Source of the DNA: Daphnia carinata
Lineage: Eukaryota
Assembly: GCF_022539665.2 (NCBI RefSeq)
Contig: NC_081331.1
Span: forward strand, 13,950,001 to 14,014,000
Direction of reading: 5' to 3'
Length of the DNA stretch: 64,000 nucleotides
How positions within the stretch are numbered: the stretch's first letter is position 1; every line of letters starts with the position of its first letter. Shown piece after piece: positions 39,163-53,356 of the stretch. The notes beneath the pieces were generated by a model. The model worked only from the letters and a program-made list of their open reading frames with translations, searched no databases and was not told the DNA's origin. Made by a program: the position numbers and the translations under genes.

Positions 39163-39709
39163 ATGAAATTCGTAAGTCTCTATTATTTCTTTCAATTTTT
39201 GTTTACTCAATTTTGATTTATTTACATCTTGATTCCCTTCTCCTTGTTGGATATGTGTCATGCAGATCGTCGCTCTCGCTTTCTTGGCCGTGGCTTTGGC
39301 TGCACCGCAAGGAGACAAGAAGCCCATTGAGATTATTTCATCCAATAGCGAAACGAACGCTGATGGCAGCTACTCTTTCGAGTAAGTTCAACTACTCAAT
39401 GCTGTTTTCATTTTACCCTAATAGAATGAATTGAATTCTCATTATGTTCACAGTTTCGAGAGCGCTGATGGCACTAAAGTGCAGGAAAGTGGCAGCCAGA
39501 AGCAAGTTGGACCTAAACCCGAAGACATCGGCACCGTCTCCAAGGGATCTTACTCCTACACCTCTCCCGATGGCGTCGTCATCACTGTCAACTGGGTTGC
39601 CGACGAGAACGGTTTCCAGGCTACCGGTGACCATTTGCCCACTCCTCCCCCGATGCCCGAGCACGTCGTCAAACTTTTGGCCGACTTGAAAGCCGCCGGT
39701 CTTTTGTAA
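39163..39709 (+). CDS. Cuticular protein B1 (CPR RR-1, endocuticle structural glycoprotein-like)
   Basis: MKF mini-exon, signal peptide, NADGSYSF|FESADGT...GSYSYTSPDGVVITVNWVADENGFQATGDHLPTPPP. Confidence 0.94.
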
Positions 39710-42542
39710 ACGGCTCAACCATATGCAATTTTGCGACTTTTGCTTTTATATATGTACATAACGTTCACGATGCTTTACGACCGCCTGTAACGTTGAAAGC
39801 AGAGAAAATGTGCTTGTATTACGATTTCCGTTAGCAAGTTACATAATACATTTTTGTACGTTATTCAAATAGTGCATTTCAATGGTTTGTTTCAGTCAAC
39901 TTCAGTTTTAAACCAAATCCATTAAATCATTTACTTTAGTGCTAAACAGAGACAAGTTTTGAATTAAATATATTTAAAAAAGGATGCCTTTGGACATCAC
40001 GATGTCGTGTCAAACTAGCCTTGAGTACTGCATGTGAACCATTGCGATTTCTCGGAACACGTTTCGCATCCCCCTTAATAAGCAACAATTAATAAATGCC
40101 AAAGGTTGTAAAACGTTAGGCGACAAGGATATAGCCATACAAGGTGCTGCGATATTCCCCACAATAGATAGGTAATAAACTTCAGCCCTCCCCGTGTTTG
40201 TGACAACTATAAGCATCGCAGTATTACTTCCGGCTCTTCTCATAAAATCAAATTTGCAATTGTGTTATATGGTTCACATCCCGATACGGAAAGCTATACA
40301 ATCGGGGGCCGCTTCTTTGATGCATCGTTTTGTACTGATGACTCGCCGAACCAAACGTATAACATGAACTACCTTAAGTGTTAGGCCGTTCAAAATACAT
40401 AGTTTTCATCCTTGGTAAAAGAAACACTCGTTAACCAGCATTCACCGCGTTAGTTCGTGTTGCCACCAGCGAAAGAAGGTCAGTTGTAACCGTGCGATGT
40501 TTGGTCAACAAGGCTGCGTGACCACGACGTAAGTACGAATATTTACAATCTACATGAATATTATTCTGTTTTAACGATGAAACTCGTGTCTGAAATAGTT
40601 CCGAGAAACACATGCAGCCAAGCTGGAAGCAATGCGAAAGAGATAGTTATCTGCCGCCAGAAGCAATTCAGAAAAGAAAGAGAAGGCTCTCGCTGAAACC
40701 ATCATCGTAATAGTGTTTTATTATCATTCGTACACTTTTCGTTGAATCCTCGTGTTGGTGTGGAACTCTGCCCTTCACTCTCAAAAAAGTAGGTTGGCAC
40801 ATGAGAAAGGGATTTCAAGATATGCCTAGCGCTTCTTCTGGCGTATTAGGCCATCCAATTTCGTGTCTCAATTGAGCTTCTTTCATTCGCTGCAAAGAGT
40901 TTTGATGGTCACGAAGTTTGTTGAATGAAACGCGGCAGACTTTACTTAACAACTTAACGCCTCTTCGTGCAACACGCTGTCTATTATCACTACCCACCGG
41001 GCGATTTCTTGTGGCGGAATTCGGATCAACATGTCAATTTCATTTGGACAAATCTATGCGTGTCTTTCTGCATAGCTTTGCTATTCATCGTCTAGACACG
41101 TATACGTGCAAGCAAGTTATAAATTATTCACGAGGAAAAACTTCTGTTTGCATATACAAGCCCACGCTTGTGGCATCAATGAACAAGTTCATTCTAAATC
41201 AATGGTCATTGTTTGCGTGAATCACCTACGACTTTCCCGGCCGTCTTCCATCGCTCGTATAATAATTGCTTTTGCCATGCATTTTTAAGGGATGAGCAGC
41301 ATGAATTTCAAGACTTCCGCCTGGTTTTTTTTGTGCTGAGATATAATTCTATAGAACTAAGAGGAGAAAAAGAAGTGAAGAGAAATCCATAAATTCAGGT
41401 CATAAGAGAACACAAATCCGACACTTTCTTGCCATACAAATCTCGCATTCAAATTGTGTGTGTCTCCAAATTCACACATTTTTGTCACTTCATGCTATTT
41501 AAACGCAGCAGCCTTTTCACGTTTCCTTTCGCACTCTCTGTTGAAATGTAGGATACCTTAAAAGATATGTACAGTGCGCATAATCAGACGTGGGTGCATA
41601 GTAAAAACCGAGTCTCGTGATTATTATTATTTTTTTTTTATTCAACTAAAAGCTACCGCTGACGCGTTCCTCCGTGAAGGCTGCATCAAAGAAGCGAAAG
41701 GAAGACCAAGATACAATTCGTCTGCCATTCCCAAATGACCTGGAATTCACGGTGAATGAGCAACGTATCACGTTGAAGTAAACCTAATCACACACCAAAT
41801 GATGTGGGAGTCTGATAGCCTTGAAATTGGGTAACCCATCTCGTTTTCCCCATCTCTGCTTCCACAGTGTGTATGGCCTATCTCTTATGCTTCAGCAATT
41901 AGTGGTGACTAGTGTGGCCTTCAGCATTATAGAATGTTCGGCTCCACATTCATCTCGATTTACGTGGGAAAAAGAGACGAATTTCATCTGTATCTTTTTT
42001 TTTGTGCATTGAAGATGAAAGAAGACGTTTTTAAAGGCCAATGAAAATAGAAAGTTCCGTCTTGTGTTATTGTTTTCCGGTTTAGTACACTGAATGAAAA
42101 ACTATCGCCTTGTCGATGGTGCAAGAAACTGAGAGTTCGTACACAGCTAACCGAAACTTACAGCACTTCAGTTCCACCGGTTATACAAATGGCTGTTGGG
42201 TGACAGAAGTGACGGTGACATCCGTCGCGTTGGAACTCTAACGACAGCAAATGATTCTTCGCCTTTCAAAAGGGATTTTATTGGGTGCCGTTGATGCGTC
42301 TATACGAACATACCCGTTTTCAGCACTTTCACTTATCTCCATACAGCACGTAGTCATAGGGTACGTTCGGCCTCCAGCAGGGAAAAAGAAGATGGCTCAG
42401 TCGGGAGTTGCTTTCAAAGGTCATGTACAATCTCCTTTTGGATGAAAGGCAGCTATAAAAAGGCCAGGTAGATGAGCGAATACCATCACAAACTTTTCTG
42501 CTGTCTTCTCAAGCACAAAGAAACTCTCAAACTCAATCAAAA

Positions 42543-43074
42543 ATGAAATTGGTAAGTTTTTAGTTAACTGTTCGTATTCTTCTAATGCGATACCAACGCT
42601 AATTTGATTTTAGATCATCGCTCTCGCATTCTTGGCTGTGGCTTTGGCTGCTCCTCAAGGCGATAAGAAGCCGATTGAAATTATTTCATCCAACAGCGAA
42701 ATGAACGCCGATGGAAGCTACTCGTTTGCGTAAGTTAATTCGATTTTCGCCAAACGTTCTACTCGCAATTTAGTTTGATACAACACCTACAGTGAATCGT
42801 AACTGATTTTTTTAACAGCTTCGAATCCGAGGATGGCACCAAGGTTGAGGAAAGCGGATCCCAGAAGCAAGTTGGACCTAAACCCGAGGATATCGGCACC
42901 GTTTCCCGCGGATCTTACTCTTACACCAGCCCCGATGGCGTCGTCCTCACCGTCAACTGGGTTGCTGATGAGAACGGTTTCCAGGCCACCGGTGATCATT
43001 TGCCCACTCCTCCCCCGAAGCCCGAACACGTCGTCAAGCTCCTTGCTGACTTGAAAGCTGCCGGTCTTCTGTAA
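42543..43074 (+). CDS. Cuticular protein B2 (CPR RR-1)
   Basis: Three exons, RR-1 motif, PTPPPKPEH variant, stop TAA at 43072-43074. Confidence 0.93.
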
Positions 43075-43965
43075 ACTCGTGCACATATTACTTACCAACA
43101 TGTAACCACACCGCAATCAAATCAAATTGCTCCGATCGCTTTGTACAACTTCAATGGCAACGGTCCCAACTTTTTCTGGGATCAAAATACAAAACAAACG
43201 TTTAGTTCCGTAAAACCGATTCTCGTTATTGCGTGATTCACCATATCATTGCCCACTTCTAAATTATAAAATCGAAAGCGTACAACATTTGATTAACGGC
43301 AATAGACCTATAGTCCATCTTGCACGGAATCTTTTCGGGGCTGATCGAGCATCCACCTTTCACTTTTCATTAATGGCATTACTTCCACCTTTCATATCGA
43401 TATCGTGATGAATGAAAGAATGACGTATATACTTCCATTTATGGTTTATAATATCATATTAAAGCTCACTGGGTCCAATTAAAGAATAAATGGACAGCAT
43501 TAGCACCGTTTTCATAGCCGTCTTATTTTTCATAGTGTTCTAGTTAACCAAAAATATGGATGGAATGGCAAATAGTTTCTATGTTTATAAAAATGAGTAT
43601 ATATGGAAAATGAAAGGAATTTCTGACCTTACTTTTACTCTTCATAATGGAACCTTCTGTCTTCCGTTCGTAGGCATTTTGCGGGGGCTCTGAATCGACC
43701 GCACAGGTGTATCTATGGCTACTCGCCAACTTTTATTTCACTGCTGGGCCACCAACTCTCCTCTGTATTTGAATCTCTGCACTTTCATCTGCGGGGGATT
43801 CTTGCGTGGAATCACCGAAATCTATACAGCCCATTCAGAAAGTGGGAAGGCCCTTGAATTTCAGTCCGTGTAGGAATATAAAAAGATGGCTAGTGTTGGA
43901 ATGATCATCACACTTCTCTCTCAACTGCCCTCAGAAGAGCAACAGAATTCCAACACTTGTCAAAA

Positions 43966-44486
43966 ATGAAATTGGTACGAGTAAAATCTCAAGCAATCTT
44001 TAATTCTTTTTCATTTCATTTATTTATACCCTTCGTTCTATGGCAGTCGATCGTCGCCCTCGCTTTCTTGGCTGTCGCTTTTGCTGCACCTCAAGGAGAC
44101 AAGAAGCCCATTGAGATTATTTCATCCAACAGCGAAGCAAATGCTGATGGAAGCTATTCTTTTGCGTAAGTTAGTTCTCCATGTCTGATCTGTGTATTTA
44201 ATCCAAAATGGATATCAATTTCATCGACAGATTCGAGAGTGCCGATGGTACGAAAGTGTCCGAGAGCGGTAGCCAAAAGCAAGTTGGACCTAAACCCGAA
44301 GACATCGGCACCGTCTCCAAGGGATCTTACTCTTACACTTCTCCCGATGGTGTCGTCATCACCGTCAACTGGGTTGCCGATGAGAACGGTTTTCAGGCTA
44401 CCGGCGATCACCTGCCTACTCCTCCCCCGATGCCTGAGCACGTCGTGAAGATGCTGGCCGATTTGAAGGCAGCCGGTGTTCTGTAA
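43966..44486 (+). CDS. Cuticular protein B3 (CPR RR-1, X type)
   Basis: Three exons; exon 2 starts with TCG; RR-1 motif. Confidence 0.93.
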
Positions 44487-45472
44487 ACTATTGGCGTCTG
44501 GTCTACAGTCATGTGATCAAAACAAATTGCTCCGCTCGCTTTGTACAATTTCAAATGTCCCTCTCTTTTTTATTAGGAAATAAAGAAAAATTTACTTGCG
44601 TAAAAAGCAATTCTATTCTCTAGTTGCAATCAAAAGTGAATGGCAAACACGAAAGAAAACAGGAAACAACGACACAATTTTTAGAAAGATGAAAATGCTT
44701 TTTGTGTTGGCTATCTTACAACAAAAAGAAAATTCATAATAGTTTTTTTTTTCTTTTCTGCTATCGGGACTGAAACGGTAAGCCATCACGTTAATAAAAA
44801 AAAACAGTTGCTCATAAAAAGAACAGTGTAGCTCTTACTGTGTTGCATAAATTTGCTACAAAACATTGGAATGAAAAATTAAATCTCAATAATTTTATAG
44901 CGGAATAAATCCACCATTCCATGGAGAGATCCATGATAGTCTGTTTCAAACCAGAATATTTCATCTCAATACAACCGATTCAATATGCCATTGCAATTAT
45001 GAGCGAGCATGTTGCGATTTCCGGCTTTTATTTCTAATGCTTTCCTTATGCTATATCAGTTTGATACCACAAAAAACGGAATGGCAACAACGATGTACGA
45101 GAGCTGGAAGCTACGCTAAAATGAAAATATGCCATTTAAAAAGCTGTTACCACCATCGATGAGACAAGACTGTGAGTGACCACATGTGGCTATGGGCTAT
45201 ATGCCAAACCCTTTTCGTGAAAGGACCACCCACTCACGACATATTTCTGTACGCCTCCATACTACAGCGTCTTCTCCCGTATTCGAGATGGGAACTGGAA
45301 ACCCCCCGGGGAAGCATTGGGATCCATATCATTTGCTGAGAAAGTGGGCAGACCCTTACGTTTACCACATCGTGCCGCTGAAGATAAAAGATGCTCAGCA
45401 GCACAACCATCAACGCACTTCTCTCGCAACTGTTTTCTGAACAACAACGCAGCATCACAATTTCTTGAGAAA

Positions 45473-46006
45473 ATGAAATTCGTAAGTTCCCATATAGAAT
45501 TATGCATCAGAAAAATTTATATTTTCTTTATTTAATTACTCTTACTTCATTGGTGGGATCACAGATTGTCGCTCTCGCTTTCTTGGCCGTGGCTTTGGCT
45601 GCACCACAAGGTGATAAGAAGCCCATTGAGATTATTTCATCCAACAGTGAAATGAACGCCGATGGCAGCTACTCTTTCAAGTAAGTCCGTTGTGTAATCG
45701 AGGTACAATTATAATTTTTGGATTGGGATTCAAATGTCAATAATCTTCAGCTTCGAGAGCGCTGATGGCACAAAAGTGTCAGAGAGTGGCAACCAGAAGA
45801 AAGTCGGACCCAAGGATGAAGATATTGGAACTGTCTCCAAAGGATCTTACTCTTACCTCTCTCCCGATGGTGTCACTCTCACCGTCAATTGGGTTGCCGA
45901 TGAGAACGGATTCCAGGCCACCGGTGACCACTTGCCCACTCCGCCACCGATGCCCGCTCACGTCGTCAAGCTCCTCGCCGACTTGAAAGCCGCCGGTGCT
46001 CTGTAA
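45473..46006 (+). CDS. Cuticular protein B4 (CPR RR-1, Y-type coding and 3' end)
   Basis: Three exons, NQKKVGPKDED variant, RR-1 motif. Confidence 0.93.
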
Positions 46007-46339
46007 ATCTGTGCATATATCCCCCATCAACTTGAAGCCACTCGAAAAAATGTTTAGAATATGTTGCCACTTTGTAAAGTCCAATGTAATTATTCCTTTT
46101 TTTAAATAAAGAAAAAAAATTTTCAATTTAAACTGTTTTCTTATTACTGCTAGAAGACAAATGATTCCTGGGCAATCGTTTTCAACTATTACTAGAATTA
46201 AGCTAAAGGAAATGAGTGCTATCCGCATTTTCTCATTTCTGTTTTATTTTTAAATAATCTTAATTAAGGAGATCATTTTATTATGAAATTAACATTTAGT
46301 GGGATCATAATGGGTTGGATTTCATCTAAATCTATGTGA

Positions 46340-46770
46340 AAATTTCAAGTCCGGTGTTTTTCACGAAAAATATGGGATTAAAAAATAAGCCCGACAAAAT
46401 AAGCCAAACAAATTAAGCCCGACTTTTTCACATTTTTCATTGTTTTTTCAAAAATCGAAGTATAGTTATAAAAACACTTTACCTAGATAGAACATTTCAC
46501 AAGAATCAAGAAAGTTGATTTCGTTTTTGAACAAGACAGATAGTTTTTTAGTTATATGAATTCAAAATGGTTTTGGCGAAAGCACTTTGACCCGTTTTGT
46601 AAAAAAATATTCATAATTGACGCATAGCTAATTACACATCCTGAATTTCCATTTCATATTGGTTTTAGCAGCAGGTTTGATTGACTTCCAAACCAAAATT
46701 GTTGTCTGGCTTCTTTCGTTAATGGGAACGGGGACGGGGGTGGTTTCAAGCTCGGTTTCTAAGTGGGTGG
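46340..46770. mobile_element. Fragment of the AAAATAAGCCCGAC repeat family (approximate limits)
   Basis: Tandem AAAATAAGCCCGAC units near 46382-46423. Downstream sequence aligns by eye with 63230-63600. Confidence 0.5.
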
Positions 46771-47102
46771 TTTCCTAAGTAATAGAAGGTGGATTATCAT
46801 TCACTGAATTGCCGTATCTCAATAAAAATTACTGAATTCAATAGTAAATCAGAGAACGGGTATTTTCTATCCAAAAATTTGGGTCAAATTGGATCCTTAT
46901 GTCATCGTCCGAAGTTTCTGATTGAAAATCGGCATCGCAGGGAGACGTTGGGAGAGTCAATTCTTACTCTTAAGAGAAGGGAACGACCCTCAGCTTTCAG
47001 ATCGAGTGGGGTACATATAAGAAGAACCTGACGACAACCATCAGCACAATCCTCTCACAGCCTTCTCCAGAAGAACAACAGGATAATCCAAAACTCGCAA
47101 AA

Positions 47103-47632
47103 ATGAAATTCGTAAGTCTTTCCTACAGCCGATTTTTGTTACATGTTCATACTTTTTAATCGCATTCATTCTGGCATTCAAATAGATCATCGCTCTCGCT
47201 TTCTTGGCTGTCGCCATTGCCGCACCGCAAGGAGACAAGAAACCTATTGAAATTATCTCATCCAATAGCGAAATGAATGCCGATGGAAGCTATTCCTTTG
47301 CGTAAGTTAATCCTTCAATTGCTGATAATTTACAATTTTTTATTACACCAAGAATGACCTCATCTTGGTGTCACAGCTTTGAGAGTGCTGATGGCACCAA
47401 GATCCAGGAGAGCGGATCCCAGAAGCAAGTTGGACCTAAACCCGAAGACATCGGCACCGTCTCCAAGGGATCTTACTCCTACACCTCTCCCGATGGCGTC
47501 GTCATCACTGTCAACTGGGTTGCTGATGAGAACGGTTTCCAGGCCACCGGTGATCATTTGCCCACTCCTCCCCCGATGCCCGAGCACGTCGTCAAGCTCC
47601 TCGCCGACTTGAAGGCCGCCGGTGTTCTGTAA
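47103..47632 (+). CDS. Cuticular protein B5 (CPR RR-1, Z type)
   Basis: Three exons, RR-1 motif. Confidence 0.93.
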
Positions 47633-48671
47633 ACTGAACACATCATCCTTGCTCAAATGTTATTAAATGAAATGACTTGGTTCGCTTTGTATAATTTCAG
47701 TGACAAAATACTCCCCTCTTTTTCTTGTGATGACGAAATACAAACAAATTTACTTCTGTAAAAAATAGTATTCATCTTCGTCCGTCGCGTTAAGTAAACT
47801 TTCCCTTTCCGAATGACAAAGGCCACAAAAGAATGAAAATACTTTTGCGTTTGGACTGCCCTTTTGAAAAACAAACAATTTCCCCAAGATATTCTGCAGA
47901 CATACTTTAAGAATGGCATTTGAAAAAGATGCGCTAATAAGCAGAAAATTAGACTCTTGAATGAAATGTGTTTATTCAGGTGAAGTTTCAAGCCAGAAAT
48001 TGTTGTCTATACTGTAGGCGGTTATTAGCAATGCATGACGATGAAATGCGGAAATTGTGTTTTCTAAATCTCCTAGTCAACTTCATCAGCCATCGCATAA
48101 TTTAGGTAGCATTACAATAGACATACCTAACTACACTGACATATCAATCATATATAATGGATCCATCAACAACAGAATAAACTTTCCTCGTTCGTTAAAA
48201 CGATTAAAAAATTGGAATAACTTCTATCTTGCGGGCACAGATAACGAAGTTTTTGCTAAATACTCATCAAATGTTTTCCTGTAAATAAAGGGAAGGTGCC
48301 TTTTATCAGAAAGGACATTATTTTTTTCCCCGAATTTTCAGGTAACGATTTTGTGATGGGTGATAGTCTGCGGTGGCTTCGTGCCAACCACTTTCGTTGG
48401 CATGGGACTATTCACTCAAAAGAATCTTCTTTTGACTTTTTAAGGAATGCGAAACGTGGAAAAGATGCTCTCACTTCCTTTCGCTTTGAGATGGTTAGCA
48501 GAATGTTGCATGTAACCAACGCTATCCCAGTTTCTCAGTTCAGAAAGTGAGAAGACCTTCGACTTTCAAAGTACCCGAGGAATATAAAAGCCGCTTAAAG
48601 ACGGCACTATCAACACACTTCTTTCTCAACTGTATTCAGAAGAGCAACAGAACAACTGAAACTCCCACAGA

Positions 48672-49196
48672 ATGAAATTCGTATGTTGTCATGTCTATTC
48701 GAGTCATTTTTCCCATTCTAATTTCTTAATCGCTTGTCTTCGCATGACGCTATCCAGATCATCGCTCTCGCTTTCTTGGCCGTCGCCATTGCCGCACCGC
48801 AAGGAGACAAGAAGCCAATTGAAATCATCTCATCCAACAGTGAAATGAACGCCGATGGCAGTTACTCGTTTGCGTAAGTTAGAATGTCAAGCATTCATTC
48901 ACGTTTTCTTACACTGAGAACAAACATTTTCATTCTACAGTTTCGAGAGTGAGGACGGTACTAAAGTGCAGGAAAGCGGCAGCCAGAAACAAGTCGGACC
49001 TAAACCCGAAGACATTGGAACCGTCTCTAAAGGATCTTATTCTTACACCAGCCCCGACGGCGTCGTCATCACTGTCAACTGGGTTGCTGATGAGAACGGT
49101 TTCCAGGCTACCGGTGATCATTTGCCTACACCTCCTCCGATGCCCGCCCATGTCGTCAAACTATTGGCCGATCTGAAAGCTGCTGGTCTTCTGTAA
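48672..49196 (+). CDS. Cuticular protein B6 (CPR RR-1, X-related)
   Basis: Three exons, RR-1 motif; 3' UTR resembles B11 and B14. Confidence 0.93.
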
Positions 49197-50173
49197 ATTT
49201 GCTCCCGTATTGTCTACACACACGTGATACATGCTCTGTTCGCTTTGTACAAGTTTCGCGTTGTTGTTCCTCCTGCTCTTCTCGTGAAAAATACAGCCAA
49301 TTGCGTAAAGTTCTCTCGTTAATTTCTAAGAGGTCAGGCAATTTTTACGTCTGGGAAAACAGAACGAGCACTAGTGAAAAATTTCATGCGGCTTTCCCCG
49401 AAAATTAAGTATAAATCCAACAAAATCATTTTCTCATTCTTTTTTTTTTCTAAATAAAGATATTGACACAGAGGTTTCTGAGGGTGTTCCTCCAAAAATT
49501 TCCTTTTGTGATAAATCGGTAATTAAAGATATTGTGATAATAGCATCTCTGAAAAGTTGCTCCTTTCGGGTTTCCATAAGCCAAAAACGTACGAAAAGAG
49601 GTAGAAGATGTAACTCCGCAACGAGCCGGAAACATTGACGGTGGGATTTGCACTTCTTTCGTTTTAACCTTCACCAACTATACCGAATGATATTTTTAAA
49701 ATCTCATTCCTGATTTACTCGATTATCAAGATCCATCCGATTTCGGTTGGAGCATTCAGAGGGTCTTTTAATTCCGTACATGATGTGTTTAGATAAGAAA
49801 AAGAATAGCAGCTGTCACTCCACAAACTCCAGATATGTGAAGCAATTATGTTCAATAAAGATTTCCAACCCAGACTCACGAAAGGCGGGTGAGGTTTGTT
49901 ACGTCTTCGTAGATTTTTCGTCGGTGGAAAGCCCGTTTCCATGGAACCTCTCGTTTCAGATACGCAATAATCGTGTGCTGTCCCAGAGATTTTAAGAAAG
50001 GATACGAAAGGCTCTGTGAAAATATTTGCATCGACGTCAATAGTTCCCAAAAGAGCACACCCTGCGCATGGGAAGAAAGGACGGGTATAAAAGACGGCCA
50101 GCATGTCCGACTATCATCACACATCCTCCTCAACAGTCTTCAGACAAGGATCTAAACAACCAAATTTACCAGA

Positions 50174-50687
50174 ATGAAATTCGTGAGTGATTACTTGAAT
50201 TTCAGTTTCCTTTCTCTTTTCATTCTTTAGTTTATTACCTTTGTTATTTCATAACAGATTATCGCCCTCGCTTTCTTGGCCGTGGCTTTGGCTGCACCGC
50301 AAGGTGACAAGAAACCCATTGAAATTATTTCATCCAACAGCGAAATGAATGCTGATGGCAGCTACTCCTTCAAGTAAGGTCATTTGCAGTACATTTTGTG
50401 ACTGGATTTTAAATCTCGCAAACTCTTGCAGTTTCGAGAGCGCTGATGGCACAAAAGTGTCAGAGAGCGGCAACCAGAAGAAAGTCGGACCCAAGGCAGA
50501 GGATATTGGCACCGTTTCCAAGGGATCTTACTCGTACACTTCTCCGGACGGTGTCGTCATCACTGTCAACTGGGTTGCTGATGAGAACGGTTTCCAGGCT
50601 ACCGGTGATCATTTGCCTACACCTCCTCCGATGCCCGCCCATGTCGTGAAGATGTTGGCCGACTTGAAGGCTGCCGGTCTTCTGTAA
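50174..50687 (+). CDS. Cuticular protein B7 (CPR RR-1, Y type)
   Basis: Three exons, NQKKVGPKAED, RR-1 motif. Confidence 0.93.
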
Positions 50688-51187
50688 GCCCGTGCATATA
50701 TCACCCGTCAACTTGTAGCCATAGAACAAAAATTTTGAATCCGTTTACGCTTTGTAAAGTCCACTGTAATTATTCCTCTTTTTTTGTCATGAAAAAAATA
50801 CAGAAACATATTTCCCATTTTATTGTTTTCCTGCGGCGATTGAAAGACAAATGACTTTTGGCTGGCTATTGGTTTCATGAGTGGCTACAGGTTGCCAAAG
50901 TTAAGGCATTCGGAAGGCCGTTATCCATTTGTCGGACCAGATAGCCGAGTGTACTAATGCCTATTTCTGTACTGGATTCACGAGGATGTTTGAGCATTTA
51001 AAAAATTGATTGGAAAACTACTTGAAAAATTCCTTGTCGAAAGGAGCTAGACAGTACAGATTCACTGGTTCATAAACTTGAAAACCATCGAAAATGGAAT
51101 AGTTAAACTTCTGTATACAATAAGTTCATGTAAATCTAGTTTCATCACTTACAGGCATTCCCTATTTCGCGTTGAATTACGAATTGT

Positions 51188-51315
51188 GTATCACAGGGAA
51201 GCGGAAACTTCTATTTGTTTTAAAGGGAACGTTTTGGCCGGCCAAAGGACCGAAAAGGCCCAACGTGGGTATCACAGGGAAGCGGAAACTTCTATTTGTT
51301 TTAAAGGGAACGTTT
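51188..51315 (+). repeat. Perfect 47-bp direct repeat separated by a 34-bp GC-rich spacer
   Basis: GTATCACAGGGAAGCGGAAACTTCTATTTGTTTTAAAGGGAACGTTT at 51188-51234 and 51269-51315. Confidence 0.9.
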
Positions 51316-51853
51316 CCTATCAATACATCAGCATAATCGATGCTTATCAAAAGAGTCACATACATCCGAAGGAAGTATTCGTCAAACGAATTTCTAGCAT
51401 TCTGAATGGATATTCTAAAGTTAGAAAAATTTCTAATATGGTATGTAATAGCCCCTGGTTGCTATTACAAACTAGCAGAAAGTGGTAAACACAAAATATA
51501 AAAAAAAGGAAGCTGTAGTTTCCATTCCTAACATGTTCGTGAATTGGACAGTTGATGCCTGTTGCGCTTCTGCTTAGAACTTTCACCTGAAATGGCACTC
51601 GTTCAAAGCCATTCGTGTACCTTTCTGATTAGTAATCGCACAACAGTGAAATGCCATCGTCCGAGGGTTTCGAGTGGGAATCGGTATCGGGGGAGACTGC
51701 AGAACATCAATTCCTCCTCGTAAGAGAAAGGAACGACCCTCAGCTTTCAAATCGTGTGCGGTACATATAAAAAGAACCTGCCGACAACAATGATCACAAT
51801 CCTCCCTCAACCTTCTCCAGAAGAACAGCAGGATAATCCAAAACTCGCAAAAA

Positions 51854-52377
51854 ATGAAATTCGTAAGTCTTTCCTACAGCTGATTTCTTTTACTTCTTCG
51901 TACTTTCCAACCTCATTCATTCTGGCGTTTAAATAGATCATCGCTCTCGCTTTCTTGGCTGTCGCCATTGCCGCACCGCAGGGAGACAAGAAACCTATTG
52001 AGATTATTTCATCCAACAGTGAAATGAACGCTGATGGAAGCTACTCCTTCGAGTAAGTTAAACTACTCATTGTTGCACCTCTTTTTTGCTGGGAAAGATC
52101 AACTTTTATTTATTTACACAGTTTTGTGAGCGCTGATGGCACAAAAGTGTCAGAGAGCGGCAACCAGAAACAAGTTGGACCTAAGCCCGAAGATATCGGA
52201 ACTGTCTCGAAAGGATCTTACTCTTTCACTACACCCGACGGTGTTGTCCTCACCGTCAACTGGGTTGCCGATGAGAACGGATTCCAGGCCACCGGTGATC
52301 ACTTGCCCACTCCTCCTCCCATGCCGGAGCACGTCGTGAAGATGTTGGCTGATCTGAAGGCTGCCGGTCTCCTGTAA
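51854..52377 (+). CDS. Cuticular protein B8 (CPR RR-1, Z type)
   Basis: Three exons, FVSADGT variant, RR-1 motif. Confidence 0.93.
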
Positions 52378-53356
52378 ACCCGTGCATGTATATTATCCGA
52401 TCACATGTTGCCACTCAATCAAAATCAAATTGTTCCGGTCACTTTGTACATTTTAAACGGCAATGTTCCCTTTTCTTCTGGGAGTAAAATACATAACAAA
52501 CGTCTAGTTCCGTAAAACCGATTTGCTTTTCGTTATTAAATCAACCAACATGTTACAGCTACTTGCAAATGAATCAATCAACAATACAAGTTTAATGTGC
52601 TGTAATAAATGCACAATCCATCTTCCGCAGACTGTTTGTTCGTGATTAATTTTCATTTTCAAGGTAATGTCCCCCAACTTCCGCTTTTTATGCAAACTCG
52701 AAGATAGATGATACAACGAGATGCACGTCTACTTTGGATTAACGTTTTCATTTAAATAGTGTTATGGGCATAACTGAAGTACGCAAGTCAATTCGTTTAC
52801 TAGCACTATTACAGAAAATATGCCCTGCACATCAAATGTGTCGATTCTTATTAAGATTTCATGCTCTTAAACTTTCTATAAGGACATGCGTGACTGTAAC
52901 CCCGTGACTGTAACCCCCCCTGTTAATTAAAGCTGCAGAATGAAATAATGAATGCGGTCTAATAAGAAAAACCTACTGCGAACGAAAACACATTTCTTTA
53001 CTCACTTTTACTCCGTATACAAGCTTCCATCGACATTGCTGACATTTTGCGGGGGCTCTAAACTGACCGCAGAGAGGTGCGTCTAATGGCTCCGCGCCAA
53101 CTTATTTCGGTGAACGTTCACCAACTCCCCGTTGCGCGGACTGAATTTCGGAACACTAGCCTTTTCTTTTTCCATTTCTATCAAAGGCGAATTCTTGTAG
53201 GGAATCACAGGAATCGATGCGTTCATCCAGAAAGTGGAAAGGCCCTTGACTTTCAGAACGCGGACGAATATAAAAGATTGCTGATGCTGGAAAGATCATC
53301 ACATTTCTTTCTCAGCTGTCCTCAGAAGAGCAACAGAATCCCAACACTTGTCAAAA

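Noticed and set aside
40010..41300. Short ORFs in the long B1-B2 spacer (e.g. 40815-40997 minus, 40918-41220 plus)
   Set aside because: No recognisable domain, non-ATG starts and no supported splice structure.
51188..51315. Repeat-spacer-repeat resembling a minimal CRISPR array
   Set aside because: Only two repeats, eukaryotic context and no cas genes. Kept only as a local duplication.
52889..52916. 14-bp tandem duplication CGTGACTGTAACCC x2
   Set aside because: Ordinary slippage duplication in intergenic DNA.
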